The notes beneath the pieces were generated by a model. It did no database searches. It was not told the origin of the DNA and was given only the letters and a program-made list of their open reading frames with translations. A stretch of 63,804 nucleotides of DNA, the filler included, from Octopus bimaculoides (Eukaryota), in assembly GCF_001194135.2 (NCBI RefSeq). It is 7 parts of 7 records of this genome, joined end to end, with 100 filler letters (N's around TTAATTAATTAA, not from the genome) between each part and the next. Parts side by side here need not be neighbours in the genome. Positions count along the whole stretch, not along the records: positions 1 to 11,487 come from NC_069007.1; positions 11,588 to 20,385 come from NC_068991.1; 5 more parts are not named here. One strand, written 5' to 3'. Positions 1 to 12,100 of the stretch are shown piece after piece. A program made the position numbers and the translations under genes. Each line of letters starts with the position of its first letter. The stretch's first letter is position 1.

Positions 1-273
1 ACCCTTAACGTAGTTCTCGGGGATATTCAGCGTGACACAGTGTGTGACAAGGCTGACCCTTTGAATAACAGGCACAACAGAAACAGGAAGTAAGAGTGAG
101 AGAAAGTTGTGGTGAAAGAGTACAGCAGGGTTCGCCACCATCCCCTGCCGGAGCCTCGTGGAGCTTTTAGGTGTTTTCGCTCAATAAACACTCACAACGC
201 CCGGTCTGGGAATCGAAACCGCGATCCTATGACCATGAGTCCACTGTCCTAACCACTGACCATTGCGCCTCCC
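1..273 (-). mobile_element. tRNA-derived SINE, cut by the window edge
   Basis: Minus strand GGAGGCGCAATGGTCAGTGGTTAGGACAGTGGACTC...GGTTTCGATTCCCAG has A- and B-boxes followed by a non-tRNA body. The body is shared with the diverged copy at about 59130-59500. Confidence 0.8.
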
Positions 274-429
274 CATTTCAGTCATATAAAGTGTCAGGAA
301 AGAAATGACATGAGGAGATCGCCTGACATTTTGTTGATTAGTAAATCTATCAAAATTTTTTTATTGATCTAAGACTATACAAAAACATGAACTATAGCAG
401 AGAGTGGATTCGCTTGTGATAATAAATAA

Positions 430-690
430 ACCTTTAATAGCTTCAGTCAGAAGAGTGCAAACATGTTGGGGTATCACCAAGGACCGCCTAAAGCGGCAGT
501 ATGTCATCGGCGAAAGACCGGATCAGATGGAAAACGGCAGACGTGAACGGGCAGAGATCAAACGTAAACGATGCAAAAAGTGATGCGTATTTCCCCCTGC
601 GATAAATCCCTTCACCTCTTTTATAACGGTCTTGGCCTGAGCAGCCGGCTCAGACACCAGCACACTTCGCACCCACAAGGACGATGGCCT
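430..690 (+). mobile_element. Decayed RTE-type LINE 3' end
   Basis: Broken frames give AKDRIRWKTA, EIKRKRCKK and LRTHK, resembling RTE ORF C-termini (DRxxWR..EKRxRRK..SHxRTH). Confidence 0.45.
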
Positions 691-924
691 CAGTCACTCG
701 TTACAGATTAACTGTTCGGATACGAATTAATGCTGAAATGCTGAATATATCTATCTACACTTATCTGTCCCACTCCTTCTCTCTGTCTTATTCCATAGGC
801 TCTCCACCCTCCACCGTTTGTTTTTTTCTGTCTTCTACCACGTGACCGGTGTCCAGTGTATCTACTTTCCGGTTCTTTCCTCTGGCTTACTACGACACCT
901 GATAGCAGCAATACCTTTTCTGTT

Positions 925-995
<71 letters not shown>

Positions 996-1007
996 CAACA
1001 TATATAT

Positions 1008-1250
1008 ATTTGAATGTGGTGTGTGCCAGAGGGTTTGCAAATCCAATGGGGGTCTTAAAAGACATGTTAGGATCCACAATGAGCAGAACTTACTTGCAGG
1101 TATTGGTAGTGCAAATCAGAGGTGCAATCTGTGTGGGTGTTTTTTCAAAACACTGTCTGGTTTAAAAAGCCACATCAGACGCCATGAAAGGGCTAAGGTG
1201 TAGGTGCAGGAGGTGGTCAAACTCTGTTTAAGGAGTAGACAACCACCATA
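1008..1250 (+). mobile_element. LINE-like 3' fragment encoding two C2H2 zinc fingers, or an isolated ZNF exon
   Basis: FECGVCQRVCKSNGGLKRHVRIH and CNLCGCFFKTLSGLKSHIRRH, then a stop at 1201-1203. It abuts (TA)n upstream with no clear splice acceptor. C-terminal C2H2 motifs occur in RTE-type ORFs. Confidence 0.55.
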
Positions 1251-1279
1251 TATACAACAACAAAAACAACAATTATAAT

Positions 1280-2385
1280 AAGCCTTTTTATTATAGGAAC
1301 AACGTCTGAAATTTGAGTGAAGCGGAATAGTGAATTACGAGATAAAAGGCAAAATAAGTATCGGTGAAATTTGAAACCGGAACGTTAAGATAGACGAAGT
1401 GCTGCTAAGTAATTAGCCCGGAGTGTTAACGATTCTACCAGCTTGTTGACTTATATAACTATGCAAAAAAAATAGCATAACGAAGGCAAACGCACTGACG
1501 ATTCAGCCAGCCCGCCAGAAATAATGACAGTAATCCTTTCTGCTATAGGTACAAGGCCTGGAATTTGGAGGAAGTGGGGATAATTCATTACACCGACCCC
1601 AGTACTCGACTTGTATTTATTTTACCGACCCCGAAAAGATGAAAAGCAAGTCGACATTGGTGGAATTGGAACTCAGAACGTAAGGACAAATGAGAAACCG
1701 TTCAGCATTTCGCCCAACTTGGAATCGATTCTGCCAGCTTGCCAACTTGGCAATAATGCTTTCTGCTATAGGTACAGTGCCCGGAATGTGAGGGAGAGGA
1801 CAAGTCGATTACATCGACCCCAGTGTTTCACTGGTACTTAATTTATCGACGCCGAAATGATGAAAGTAAAGTCGACATCGGCGGAATTTGACCTCACAAC
1901 GTAACGACGCACAAAATACCGCTAAGCATTTCGTCTAACGTGCTAAAGATTTCGCCAGCTCGCTTCCGTGGCAGTAATCCTTTCTACGATAGGCACTAGG
2001 TTTGAAATTTGTACTGGTATTTAATTTATCGACCCCGGAAGGATAAAAGGCTAAGTCGAGCCCAGCAGATTTTGGACTCGGAACTTAGCAACGGGCGAAA
2101 TACCGCTAAGCATTTCGTACAGCGAGCAAACGATTCTGCAAGCTCTCTGCCTTGGTAATAATAACAATAATAATGCTTTCTACTCTAGGCACGAGGCCTG
2201 AAATTTGGGGGGATGGGCCAGTTGATTAGAGCGACCACAATATGCAACTGGTACTTAATTTATCGACCCCGAAGGGATAAAAGGCAAAGTAGACCTCGGC
2301 GGAATTTGAACTCAGAACGTAGCGACGGGTGAAACATCGCTAAGCATTTCGTCCAGCGAGGTAACGATTCTGCCAGTCCCTGCAT
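1280..2385 (-). mobile_element. Cluster of five head-to-tail copies of the abundant tRNA-derived SINE (here family A)
   Basis: Recurrent motif TATCGACCCCGAAAG..GGCAAAGTCGACCTCGGCGGAATTTGAACTCAGAACG..GCTAAGCATTTCG..AACGATTCTGCCAGC at about 1340, 1620, 1845, 2025 and 2260. Confidence 0.85.
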
Positions 2386-3471
2386 TGGTAGTCAAAACAA
2401 TAATAATAGATTATATCAGCACAACGTCACGTATCATTCGAACTCTGAACTTCTAGGTAATCGAACAGTTGGTGCTACCGATAAACGAAGTCACACACAG
2501 ACAGCGGCTCTTCGGCTCCGTTTTAGGAGTTTCAATTCTTAAGCACAGTAAAGAACTACAGAGACCTATGAATGGGCGCTTTTGTGAAGATAAGTAAAAC
2601 CCTTTCAAAGAGCAACCAAGCTGATATATCAATGTTTTATAGCACAGAGAAACTGAGAAGAAAATAGACATCAACATGGCGAGCAAATATCACATAGTTA
2701 TGGAATATCTGGAATATTCTCTTCTGCCACGGACACTCATACAAAACTCGTACCAGCACCACATATGTATGTATGTAGGTGCATGTGTGTGTGTTTATGT
2801 ATATATGTGTATGTACATATTCGTATATANNNNNNNNNNNNNNNNNNNNNNNNNNNNNNNNNNNNNNNNNNNNNNNNNNNNNNNNNNNNNNNNNNNNNNN
2901 NNNNNNNNNNNNNNNNNNNNNNNNNNNNNNNNNNNNNNNNNNNNNNNNNNNNNNNNNNNNNNNNNNNNNNNNNNNNNNNNNNNNNNNNNNNNNNNNNNNN
3001 NNNNNNNNNNNNNNNNNNNNNNNNNNNNNNNNNNNNNNNNNNNNNNNNNNNNNNNNNNNNNNNNNNNNNNNNNNNNNNNNNNNNNNNNNNNNNNNNNNNN
3101 NNNNNNNNNNNNNNNNNNNNNNNNNNNNNNNNNNNNNNNNNNNNNNNNNNNNNNNNNNNNNNNNNNNNNNNNNNNNNNNNNNNNNNNNNNNNNNNNNNNN
3201 NNNNNNNNNNNNNNNNNNNNNNNNNNNNNNNNNNNNNNNNNNNNNNNNNNNNNNNNNNNNNNNNNNNNNNNNNNNNNNNNNNNNNNNNNNNNNNNNNNNN
3301 NNNNNNNNNNNNNNNNNNNNNNNNNNNNNNNNNNNNNNNNNNNNNNNNNNNNNNNNNNNNNNNNNNNNNNNNNNNNNNNNNNNNNNNNNNNNNNNNNNNN
3401 NNNNNNNNNNNNNNNNNNNNNNNNNNNNNNNNNNNNNNNNNNNNNNNNNNNNNNNAGAAATACAAATACAG

Positions 3472-3541
<70 letters not shown>

Positions 3542-4379
3542 GCACGCACACACGTCTACAACAAACAACACGCGCACATGTATCTTCTTTTCTTTCTCTT
3601 TGTTTTCTTTCCTGTTTCTTTTTCTTCTTCTTCTCCATGTTTAACCCTTTCAGCGAAGCCTAAGACATATTTCGCTGGCAGCTGTATTTTAATAGCAATA
3701 ACCCCATACGATAGAAAAGCACCATTGCAAATGTCAACACCGTTATCTGTTATCGCAATTCTAACATTTTCCCTCTTTTTCTGCAACTTTATCATATCAG
3801 TATCGCCTCTAGCTCTTGCACGTATGTCTGTGTGTGTTTTTGTATCTGTGCGTGTGTGTATGTGTAAGGTCGTTGTATTTATAATTATGTGTATGCGTGT
3901 ATGTATGTGTGTGTGCTGTTATGAATTTGTATGTGTATGTTTAAAATCAATGTGGTTGATATTCGCGTGGTTAAGAACCTGGTATTGTGACTTAAGGTTT
4001 TCGTGCTCAGTCCCATTCAACGCAGCATCTTGCCACCTTGGCAAATTGTTACATTTCACATTTTACATTGGCACATTGGCACATTGTAATATTGTCACAT
4101 TAGCACCTTGTGCAAAGTCCTCCAATAGCCTCCGTCTCACAAATGTCTTCTAGATGAGTTAACAGTTTATCTACAGACAGAAATTGTTCTCCATGATAAA
4201 ATACGGTGAAAAGTTTTACTACGGGTTCAAATACACGCCAAGTCTATTTGAACTTGTAACAAGTTTGTAACTACTTTCAGCCTCTGTAATGCTTCTATTC
4301 CGTATTATGTTTGCGACGAGCCACTGATTAGTGCAACCAGTCACAGTACGATGACGGAAATATATTATCAGTTATCTCG

Positions 4380-4637
4380 TCACTTCGTAGCTTTCCGTTT
4401 TCTGGTATCTAACGCTGAAGAGGAGATGATCACTCCAAAATGCATGCATCCATCAGTCTGATTAGAGGGATCTCCAAACTGAGTTCGTGTGTTTACACCT
4501 CTTTGTCTATAGCGAAAAGTTTTCTTCATGGAAAATACAATGAATGGGTGTGTTACAGGTGTGAATATACCTTAATCATACTTGAAATGTAATAAATTTC
4601 TACTTATACTCATCCATGCTCAGCGCTTAAATTCCGC

Positions 4638-4676
<39 letters not shown>

Positions 4677-4686
4677 NNNNNNNNNN

Positions 4687-4723
<37 letters not shown>

Positions 4724-5545
4724 TGGTCTTCCACACATTTCCCATCTTTTAAATTCACTCGCAATGTGTTGGTCGGCTCGGGGCTTGATGAAGTTCCTGC
4801 GAAATGGGACCAAACTCGAAATCTCAAGGTTGCAAAATGTACTTCGTAACCACTCAGCCACGACTGCAAACGTAAGACACGCGTGCGCGTGCATACATAC
4901 ACCTTCTGATTTTAGATTTCTTCCTTGTGCTTTAATAAAACTGTCTTCTTGTGTAAACATTGTGATGTAAAGTAAATTCGTTCACGTTATTCTTTTTCTT
5001 CTTGACACTCCATTGTCATATGTTTGAAAAGAAGGAAAATTTATTCACATTCAAAAAGGATATACAAAGGTTGTTGGGGAAAAAATGCCGATAGAAAAGA
5101 ATTAAAAAATCCACGATAGAATGGGTTTTTTTTTACCTGTTAATTCAACTATCGTTGGAAAGGATTAATGTAATTGAAAAGGCAAAAAATATGAACGGGT
5201 TTTTTTTTCTGATAAACAGATACATGTTACATAACCCCGGGTCTGATTAACTTTTTTGACTAAGGTTTGTTAAATGGACGTGTGTGTGTGTATATATAGG
5301 AGCGTGTGCACGTGCGAATGGATGCTAGGTTCAACATTATCACACATTTTGTGTCGAGTTGATTATAAGTGGGGATTACGTTAAGGCTACCTGGGATCCG
5401 TGGATTACTCATACATTTGGAACGCTAATTCAATGAGGAAAAACTCCAATTCATCGACCAAAGGGACGTACTCAAGCACTACAACATCAACAACAACAAC
5501 AACAACTACTACTACTACTAGTACTACTACTACTACTACTACTAC

Positions 5546-5583
<38 letters not shown>

Positions 5584-5733
5584 TCTACTATAGGCACAAA
5601 GCCTGATTCTTTGGGGTAGAGCCTAGTTGATTATATCGACCCCAATCCATAACTGGTATTTTATTTCATCGCCCCCCGAAAGGATGGAAGGAGAGGTTTC
5701 GCTCGGCGTGTTAACGATTCCGCCAGCTCACCG

Positions 5734-5811
<78 letters not shown>

Positions 5812-6230
5812 GGCGGTGAGCTGGCAGAATCGTTAACACGCCGGGTGAATCAATTAGCGGCATTTCGTCTGTCCTTACGTTCTGAGTTCTAATTCCGCCG
5901 AGGTCGACTTTGCCTTTCGTCATTTCGGGGTCGATACCACTACCACCAACACCACAACCACCGACACTACAATCTGCTACACTACAACCACCAATACCAC
6001 AACCTCCATCGCCACCACCACCACTAACACCACGACCATCAACACACAACCACTGACATCACAACCATCACCACCACTACCACCATTACCATCACCACCA
6101 CCAATATTACTAGCACTTCGACTGTTATTAAAACTACTACTAATTCCACTAATAAAAATACCACTATTACCACTACTACAATTACAACGACCACGACCAC
6201 TACAATTAGCACGATTATTTTTCATAAACG

Positions 6231-6266
<36 letters not shown>

Positions 6267-7197
6267 TGATGTCCCTTACTCAAGAGATTAATCTTCTGCT
6301 CTATTGCTGTTCTCAGTAGCTCGGGGCAAACCTGTCCACATTGCAGAGAGAAGAAGAAATGAGACAGCGGATGCAAACAGATTCACGGAAGGACAGAACT
6401 TTATAAAACGTATTTATTTATGCAAACATCATGGATCTGAAAGGATCTTTACAACGGGCATATTAAAATCTCTACAAGCCGTTAGGTTGTGATTATATAT
6501 ATTATATATATATATACTTATGGATGTAAAGGCGACTATACGGATTCCGGACTTGATTCTCTGTATGTTTTCATCATAGAAATCTGTGATTGATTTAGCG
6601 AATAGCTAATGCATATACATAACATTGAAATAAACTGCAGCCTGCAATATTTTAGCAAAAGTAGAGTTCTTACTGATGAGGCAATGGAAATTTCCGAAAC
6701 TGAATTCAGTATAAGAAAATCGAGAACGGTGTTTTCGGATGATTACCATCCCCGTCTCTATATATGTATATAATTTTATGCTTTGACTACAGCATTAGAG
6801 CATTTTAACTCTTATTTCTAGCAATTTAAGTGTATGTAGCACCCTGGTTGCATTTAGTGGCAGTAATAGTTTTCCTTTTTTGTACAACATTGCAAACTGC
6901 TGTTTATTTTAAATTTATGTATACACATTAGGGATTCGATAAAACATCCCTAGATTTCTATGGTGAAAGCATATATATACAGGCAGAGAATCAAGTCCGG
7001 AATCTGCCGAAGTAGAGCAACCTCTTAAAGATGAGGCAGCGGAAATTGCCGAAAATGAATTCAGTATAAGAAATTCTCGAACGGCGTTTTCGAACGATTA
7101 CAGTATGTGTCTATATATATATGTCTGTCTGTGTGCTTGTGTGTGCCTGTGTCTGCGTAAAATCTATACTCTAATGTATTTTCTGCAACACGATTCA

Positions 7198-7240
<43 letters not shown>

Positions 7241-8468
7241 NNNNNNNNNNNNNNNNNNNNNNNNNNNNNNNNNNNNNNNNNNNNNNNNNNNNNNNNNNNN
7301 NNNNNNNNNNNNNNNNNNNNNNNNNNNNNNNNNNNNNNNNNNNNNNNNNNNNNNNNNNNNNNNNNNNNNNNNNNNNNNNNNNNNNNNNNNNNNNNNNNNN
7401 NNNNNNNNNNNNNNNNNNNNNNNNNNNNNNNNNNNNNNNNNNNNNNNNNNNNNNNNNNNNNNNNNNNNNNNNNNNNNNNNNNNNNNNNNNNNNNNNNNNN
7501 NNNNNNNNNNNNNNNNNNNNNNNNNNNNNNNNNNNNNNNNNNNNNNNNNNNNNNNNNNNNNNNNNNNNNNNNNNNNNNNNNNNNNNNNNNNNNNNNNNNN
7601 NNNTATATACATACAAATATATGCTTGATAATATATATGTATATACTATAGATAGATAGATACTTAATGAAGTGCATCACAAATACCTGGTATTTACAAC
7701 ATGCTGACATTCCGAATTCGAAAACTTTCGTAAAGTTTACTTATAAATGTTATGCAATCTCTGAAGATTATTTCATGTATTTCTTCTTATAAGAATTTAC
7801 ATATATAACAGATATGTGTGTGTTTATATATGTTCGTATGCTTGTGCATACACCTAAAGTGAGAGTGGGAGGGAAAGAGAAACAAATATGGAAAATGGAG
7901 AGATTCAATAGACATATATCAAGGTTTGTTCTGAAGTTCAGTTATAATAAAACACATTTTGTTTAGTATATTTTTTTTTATTCTGATACAAGAATGTCGT
8001 TGCCAGTGACTTCATAGATTCTGTCAGCTAAGCTAAAGTGAGATGATGGATTAGCTGGCCGATTCAGCCAAAAAGTATTCCATCTGATGAGAGGTAAACA
8101 CTATTTATTAAACAGAGTACGTATATAATTTTATGACCTACTAATGATTTCAAGTGATGAAAACGACTCGACATTATCTAACACACTTTGTGGTTGAGTA
8201 ATGCATGAGGCCACTAAAGGAGTTATAAAATGCTGTCTGAGCTGTTTTCATCACTTGAAACTATTAGTAGCTCAGAAAATATATACTGTTTTTTTATTTG
8301 AATAATATATGGTGCTCCAGCATATATTATTCAAATATGGTGCTCCAGCATAACCACAGCCGCATGGCTGAAACGAATAAAAGAATACATACATACACAA
8401 ACACACACAGAGACACACCCATATATGGGTATACGTGTAGATGAATATATATATATATATATATATAT

Positions 8469-8540
<72 letters not shown>

Positions 8541-9191
8541 GTAGGTAAGTAGGTAGGTAGTTAGGTAGGTAGGTAGGTAGTTAAGTATATAGGCTGGTAG
8601 GTAGGTAGGTAAGTAGGTAGGTAGAAATATAAACAGATAGACAGACAGACAGATAGATAGACACACAGAGAGATAGATAGATATATAGATAGAATGATAG
8701 AGAGATAGAGAGATAGAGAGATAGAGAGACAGACAGACAGACAGACAGATAGATAGATAGATAGATATATAGATAGATAAGCCTTCGTACGTAATCATAT
8801 ATACAAGAAACAAGTGTGTCTGATATAAAGGCAGCTATTTCTATCAAGACTAGATAACACATTATGGCCGCCCTCTTTGGATCATGTACAAACTGTCAAA
8901 GAATTTCTCCAATTTACAGAAGATGCATAATTTACCTATTTTGAAGAATTTATGCATTGATTTCCCTATCATAGAAGAAAATCCAGATATGTTCATTGCC
9001 TATTTGATCCACATTTACCGATAAGATAATAGGGGTGGCTTTAAGGAGCTTCAGCTGTTGGAACATCCATAACAAGCAAACACGTAATTATGTGTTCCCC
9101 ACGTATTTTGCATATAGGCATATATGATGGTTAAAATAATTTATCATCATCATGATAACCATTATTATTATTATTGTTGTTGTTGCTGATG

Positions 9192-9223
<32 letters not shown>

Positions 9224-9581
9224 GGTGGTGGTGGTGAGGTGGGGGTGTGACAACATCGGACGTGTCTTCGAACGCTCCGGGTGAGTTTATTTCCAAAACA
9301 TTGTTTACGACGCAAATCGTTGAAGCTGTTTCATTGTACGTTGTTCCGATTTGTTAATAGAAACTCCAGGAACGCTTCACTGTTTTCCTTTTGTCTATGC
9401 TTACTTAACTCCTCACGGGGCTACATTCGGCCCACCAAATATGTTTCACGGGTGTGAGATCACTTACAATTCAACATGATGGCGGATATCATCTTCAAAG
9501 ACTCGAGGAAATAAACACTCCCTCCCCATCCGAAAAATGCTTTGGATGCTGAGGATTTCCAGCCCCGCATTCTCTTCGTTA
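4380..9581 (-). CDS. Candidate spliced gene of unknown function, five 3' exons (9468-9581, 7990-8083, 6280-6331, 5415-5478, 4380-4506)
   Basis: All junctions are AG/GT and phases are consistent (2,0,1,2), giving a stop-free frame of about 150 codons. No recognisable homology, and the exons were picked by eye. Confidence 0.3.
5580..5935. mobile_element. Two family A SINE pieces in opposite orientation, separated by (ATT)n
   Basis: A minus copy at about 5580-5732, (ATT)n at 5734-5810, then a plus copy beginning AAGGCGGTGAGCTGGCAGAATCGTT at 5810. Confidence 0.75.
6667..6717 (+). ncRNA. Type I hammerhead ribozyme motif, copy 1
   Basis: Stem I TTCTTA(6667-72)/TAAGAA(6712-17); core CTGATGA(6673-79); stem II GGCA...TTCC with one mismatch; GAAA(6696-99); palindromic stem III ACTGAATTCAGT(6699-6710); cleavage triplet GTA with predicted cut after 6711. 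Confidence 0.75.
7023..7071 (+). ncRNA. Type I hammerhead ribozyme motif, copy 2 (core mutated)
   Basis: Paralog of 6667-6717 with a perfect stem II (GGCA/TGCC), GAAA and GTA-TAAGA. The core reads AAGATGA and stem III has a C-to-A change, so it is probably inactive. Confidence 0.6.
8450..8780. repeat. Compound microsatellite (TA)n/(GATA)n/(GACA)n/(GGTA)n, representative of dozens of simple repeats in the window
   Basis: Directly visible. Similar tracts of TA, CA, GA, TACA, AAT, TAC, CAT and CAC occur throughout and explain most ORF-track entries. Confidence 0.95.
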
Positions 9582-10289
9582 CTAACAATAGGAGAGAAGG
9601 GTAGGTTCAAAGTCCACCTCAATTTACCTCTTCCTCCGAGAATGCTAGACTTCTGCCAAAATTTGAAGCCGTTATACTATTATTATTCTGATAGTTGTTG
9701 TAATTATTGTTGTTGTTGAAGTGAGGCTCTGACAAAATGCCAAACACCAATTGCAAATTCCTTCGGCAACATCTCTTCAGCTGACTTCAAATTTCACTGT
9801 TCTGACTACAAATTCTGATATAGTCGGCTGTCGGGTTTGATGATAAAAGCATGGGATCGATGTAATCGACCAGCTTTCTCTACCAGAATTGTGTCTTTAG
9901 TAGGAAGAATTAGTACAACTGTCATAGAAGCGATGAGCTGGAAGAGTCGTTAGCAAGCTGGACGACATACAACGCGGCATGTCGTCTGTTTTTACACTAT
10001 GAGTTCAAATTCAGTCGCGGTCGACTTTGTTTTTCATCCTTTCATGGTCGATAAATTAAGTACCAGTGAAACACTGGGATCGATGTGATCGACTATCTCT
10101 CTCCCACAAATTCCAGGTCTTGTGCCTATGGTAAAATGAATTATTATTAGTAGTAGTAGTAGTAGTAGAAGAAGAAGAAGAAAGATATAAAATTCTTTAT
10201 GGTATACGGACAATATTTTACGCTTGCTGGTCACTGGCATGAATTATTATCTTTAATAATTTTTACCCTTTTTTATATATTTATATATG

Positions 10290-10327
<38 letters not shown>

Positions 10328-10445
10328 TGTGTGTATTCGTGTGTGTNNNNNNNNNNNNNNNNNNNNNNNNNNNNNNNNNNNNNNNNNNNNNNNNNNNNNN
10401 NNNNNNNNNNNNNNNNNNNNNNNNNNNNNNNNNNNNNNNNNNNNN

Positions 10446-10493
<48 letters not shown>

Positions 10494-11531
10494 TGTGTGT
10501 ATTCGTGTGTGTGTGTGTGTGTGTGTGTGTTTGTGTATTCGCATAAATGAATGTGAGGGAGAAAATCAGAAGGATTTGCAATTTGAGGGAGATTTCGCTA
10601 CTATTCTTAACGAGGCTGACTCCCTCCTATATAATACACTTCATGTGTATTATATTATACATATCAGAAATACATATCAGTGATGTTCGAGTATTGTCAG
10701 TAAAACTTGTTTCTACTGTAAAAATATTATTTCTACATTACAAACAATATCACTAATGAATTAAGACCCATCCGTATTGTTACTGATGAAACAATTACGG
10801 TGAAATTGTGCTTCTCAGACAATATTACAACAGTTTCATTGACAGACATAGATCCAGCTTTAATGCTTCTATTGCCTAAACACCGCTTGTATAAATTACT
10901 AGGACCAGGCTGACCCGACGTTTTCTGAGACTTCAGACAAAAACATTTTTCATTATTGACGAGATTTATTTTCTCACGAAAAAATTCGCTGTCACGCGGA
11001 GAGACATTGTTGTTTCTGAAGCTGTATGCATAACAAACCACAAGTGGATATACAGGATAGCGCCAAAGATGAAGATGTAAACAAATAGATGCCATCACAC
11101 AACTTCCTACCATGTACACACACACACAGACAGACAGAGACACACACACACACACAAACACATGTACGCACACACTCATATACTGGTTTACATGTACAGA
11201 CAGATATAGAGAGAGTAGACAGATCGATAGAGAGATACATATAGACATATGCATATCATGTATATATATACACATATACTCGTATACACATATATTCGTA
11301 TATATGTATATATATATATATATATATAAGAGTACTCGAATAACGGTGGTAGAGTAATATGTTTTATTAAAAAGCAGCGAAAATATCCCAAATTTATAAC
11401 TCAGAGTTTCACATTCCCGTTCGTCGGACAGTTTTGATTCGAAACAAAACCATATAATTAATATATATATATATATATATATATATANNNNNNNNNNNNN
11501 NNNNNNNNNNNNNNNNNNNNNNNNNNNNNNN

Positions 11532-11543
11532 TTAATTAATTAA
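11532..11543. other. Assembly linker TTAATTAATTAA between N runs (also at about 20430, 37062, 46186, 58744 and 62186)
   Basis: The identical palindromic 12-mer, a stop in all six frames, is always flanked by N runs of about 45 nt. This marks an artificial contig join. Confidence 0.9.
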
Positions 11544-11739
11544 NNNNNNNNNNNNNNNNNNNNNNNNNNNNNNNNNNNNNNNNNNNNATAAACATGTCGA
11601 TATATGGATATGATGAAATGGTGGAAGGGTAGGGTAGGGTAGGGTAAGAGATTAGCAAATGAAAAGGCATCATTCCATTCAGACAACTAGCAAAAGAGTA
11701 GTAGGCTTGCACAAGTATATGTCGTTCATTTTCATTACC

Positions 11740-12100
11740 ACTACACCAACAACCCACCACCATCACCACCACCTCCGTTACCACCACCATTTCCACCGCC
11801 AATACTGTCATCCTCATCGTCATCATCATCATCATCTTCATCATCATCATCATCATCTTCATCATCATCATCATCGACAACATCTTCATCATCATCATCG
11901 TCACCACTACCACCAGGGTCATCAACTGCCCACAACGACCATCACCACCAACGTCGACACCACCTGCATGCTTACTACAACCACCACTACAATCAGTCCC
12001 ACCACAACCACCACCACCACCAGCGCATGTAATACTACCGTTTCCACCACTGTGTCTACCACCACAACCTCCATCACCATCACTGCCATATTCTTCAACA
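11740..12100. repeat. Degenerate trinucleotide low-complexity tract (CAT/CAC/CAA)n
   Basis: Directly visible. Comparable tracts lie at 5480-5580, 5940-6265, 43290-43620 and 57110-57260. Confidence 0.9.

Noticed and set aside
8084-8090. CTGATGA as another hammerhead core (also 10783-10789 and CTGACGA near 45969)
   Set aside because: No stem II followed by GAAA with pairing stems.
11532-11543. Recurrent palindrome TTAATTAATTAA as a biological motif or CRISPR-like repeat
   Set aside because: Always embedded in N runs of similar length, so it is an artificial contig linker.
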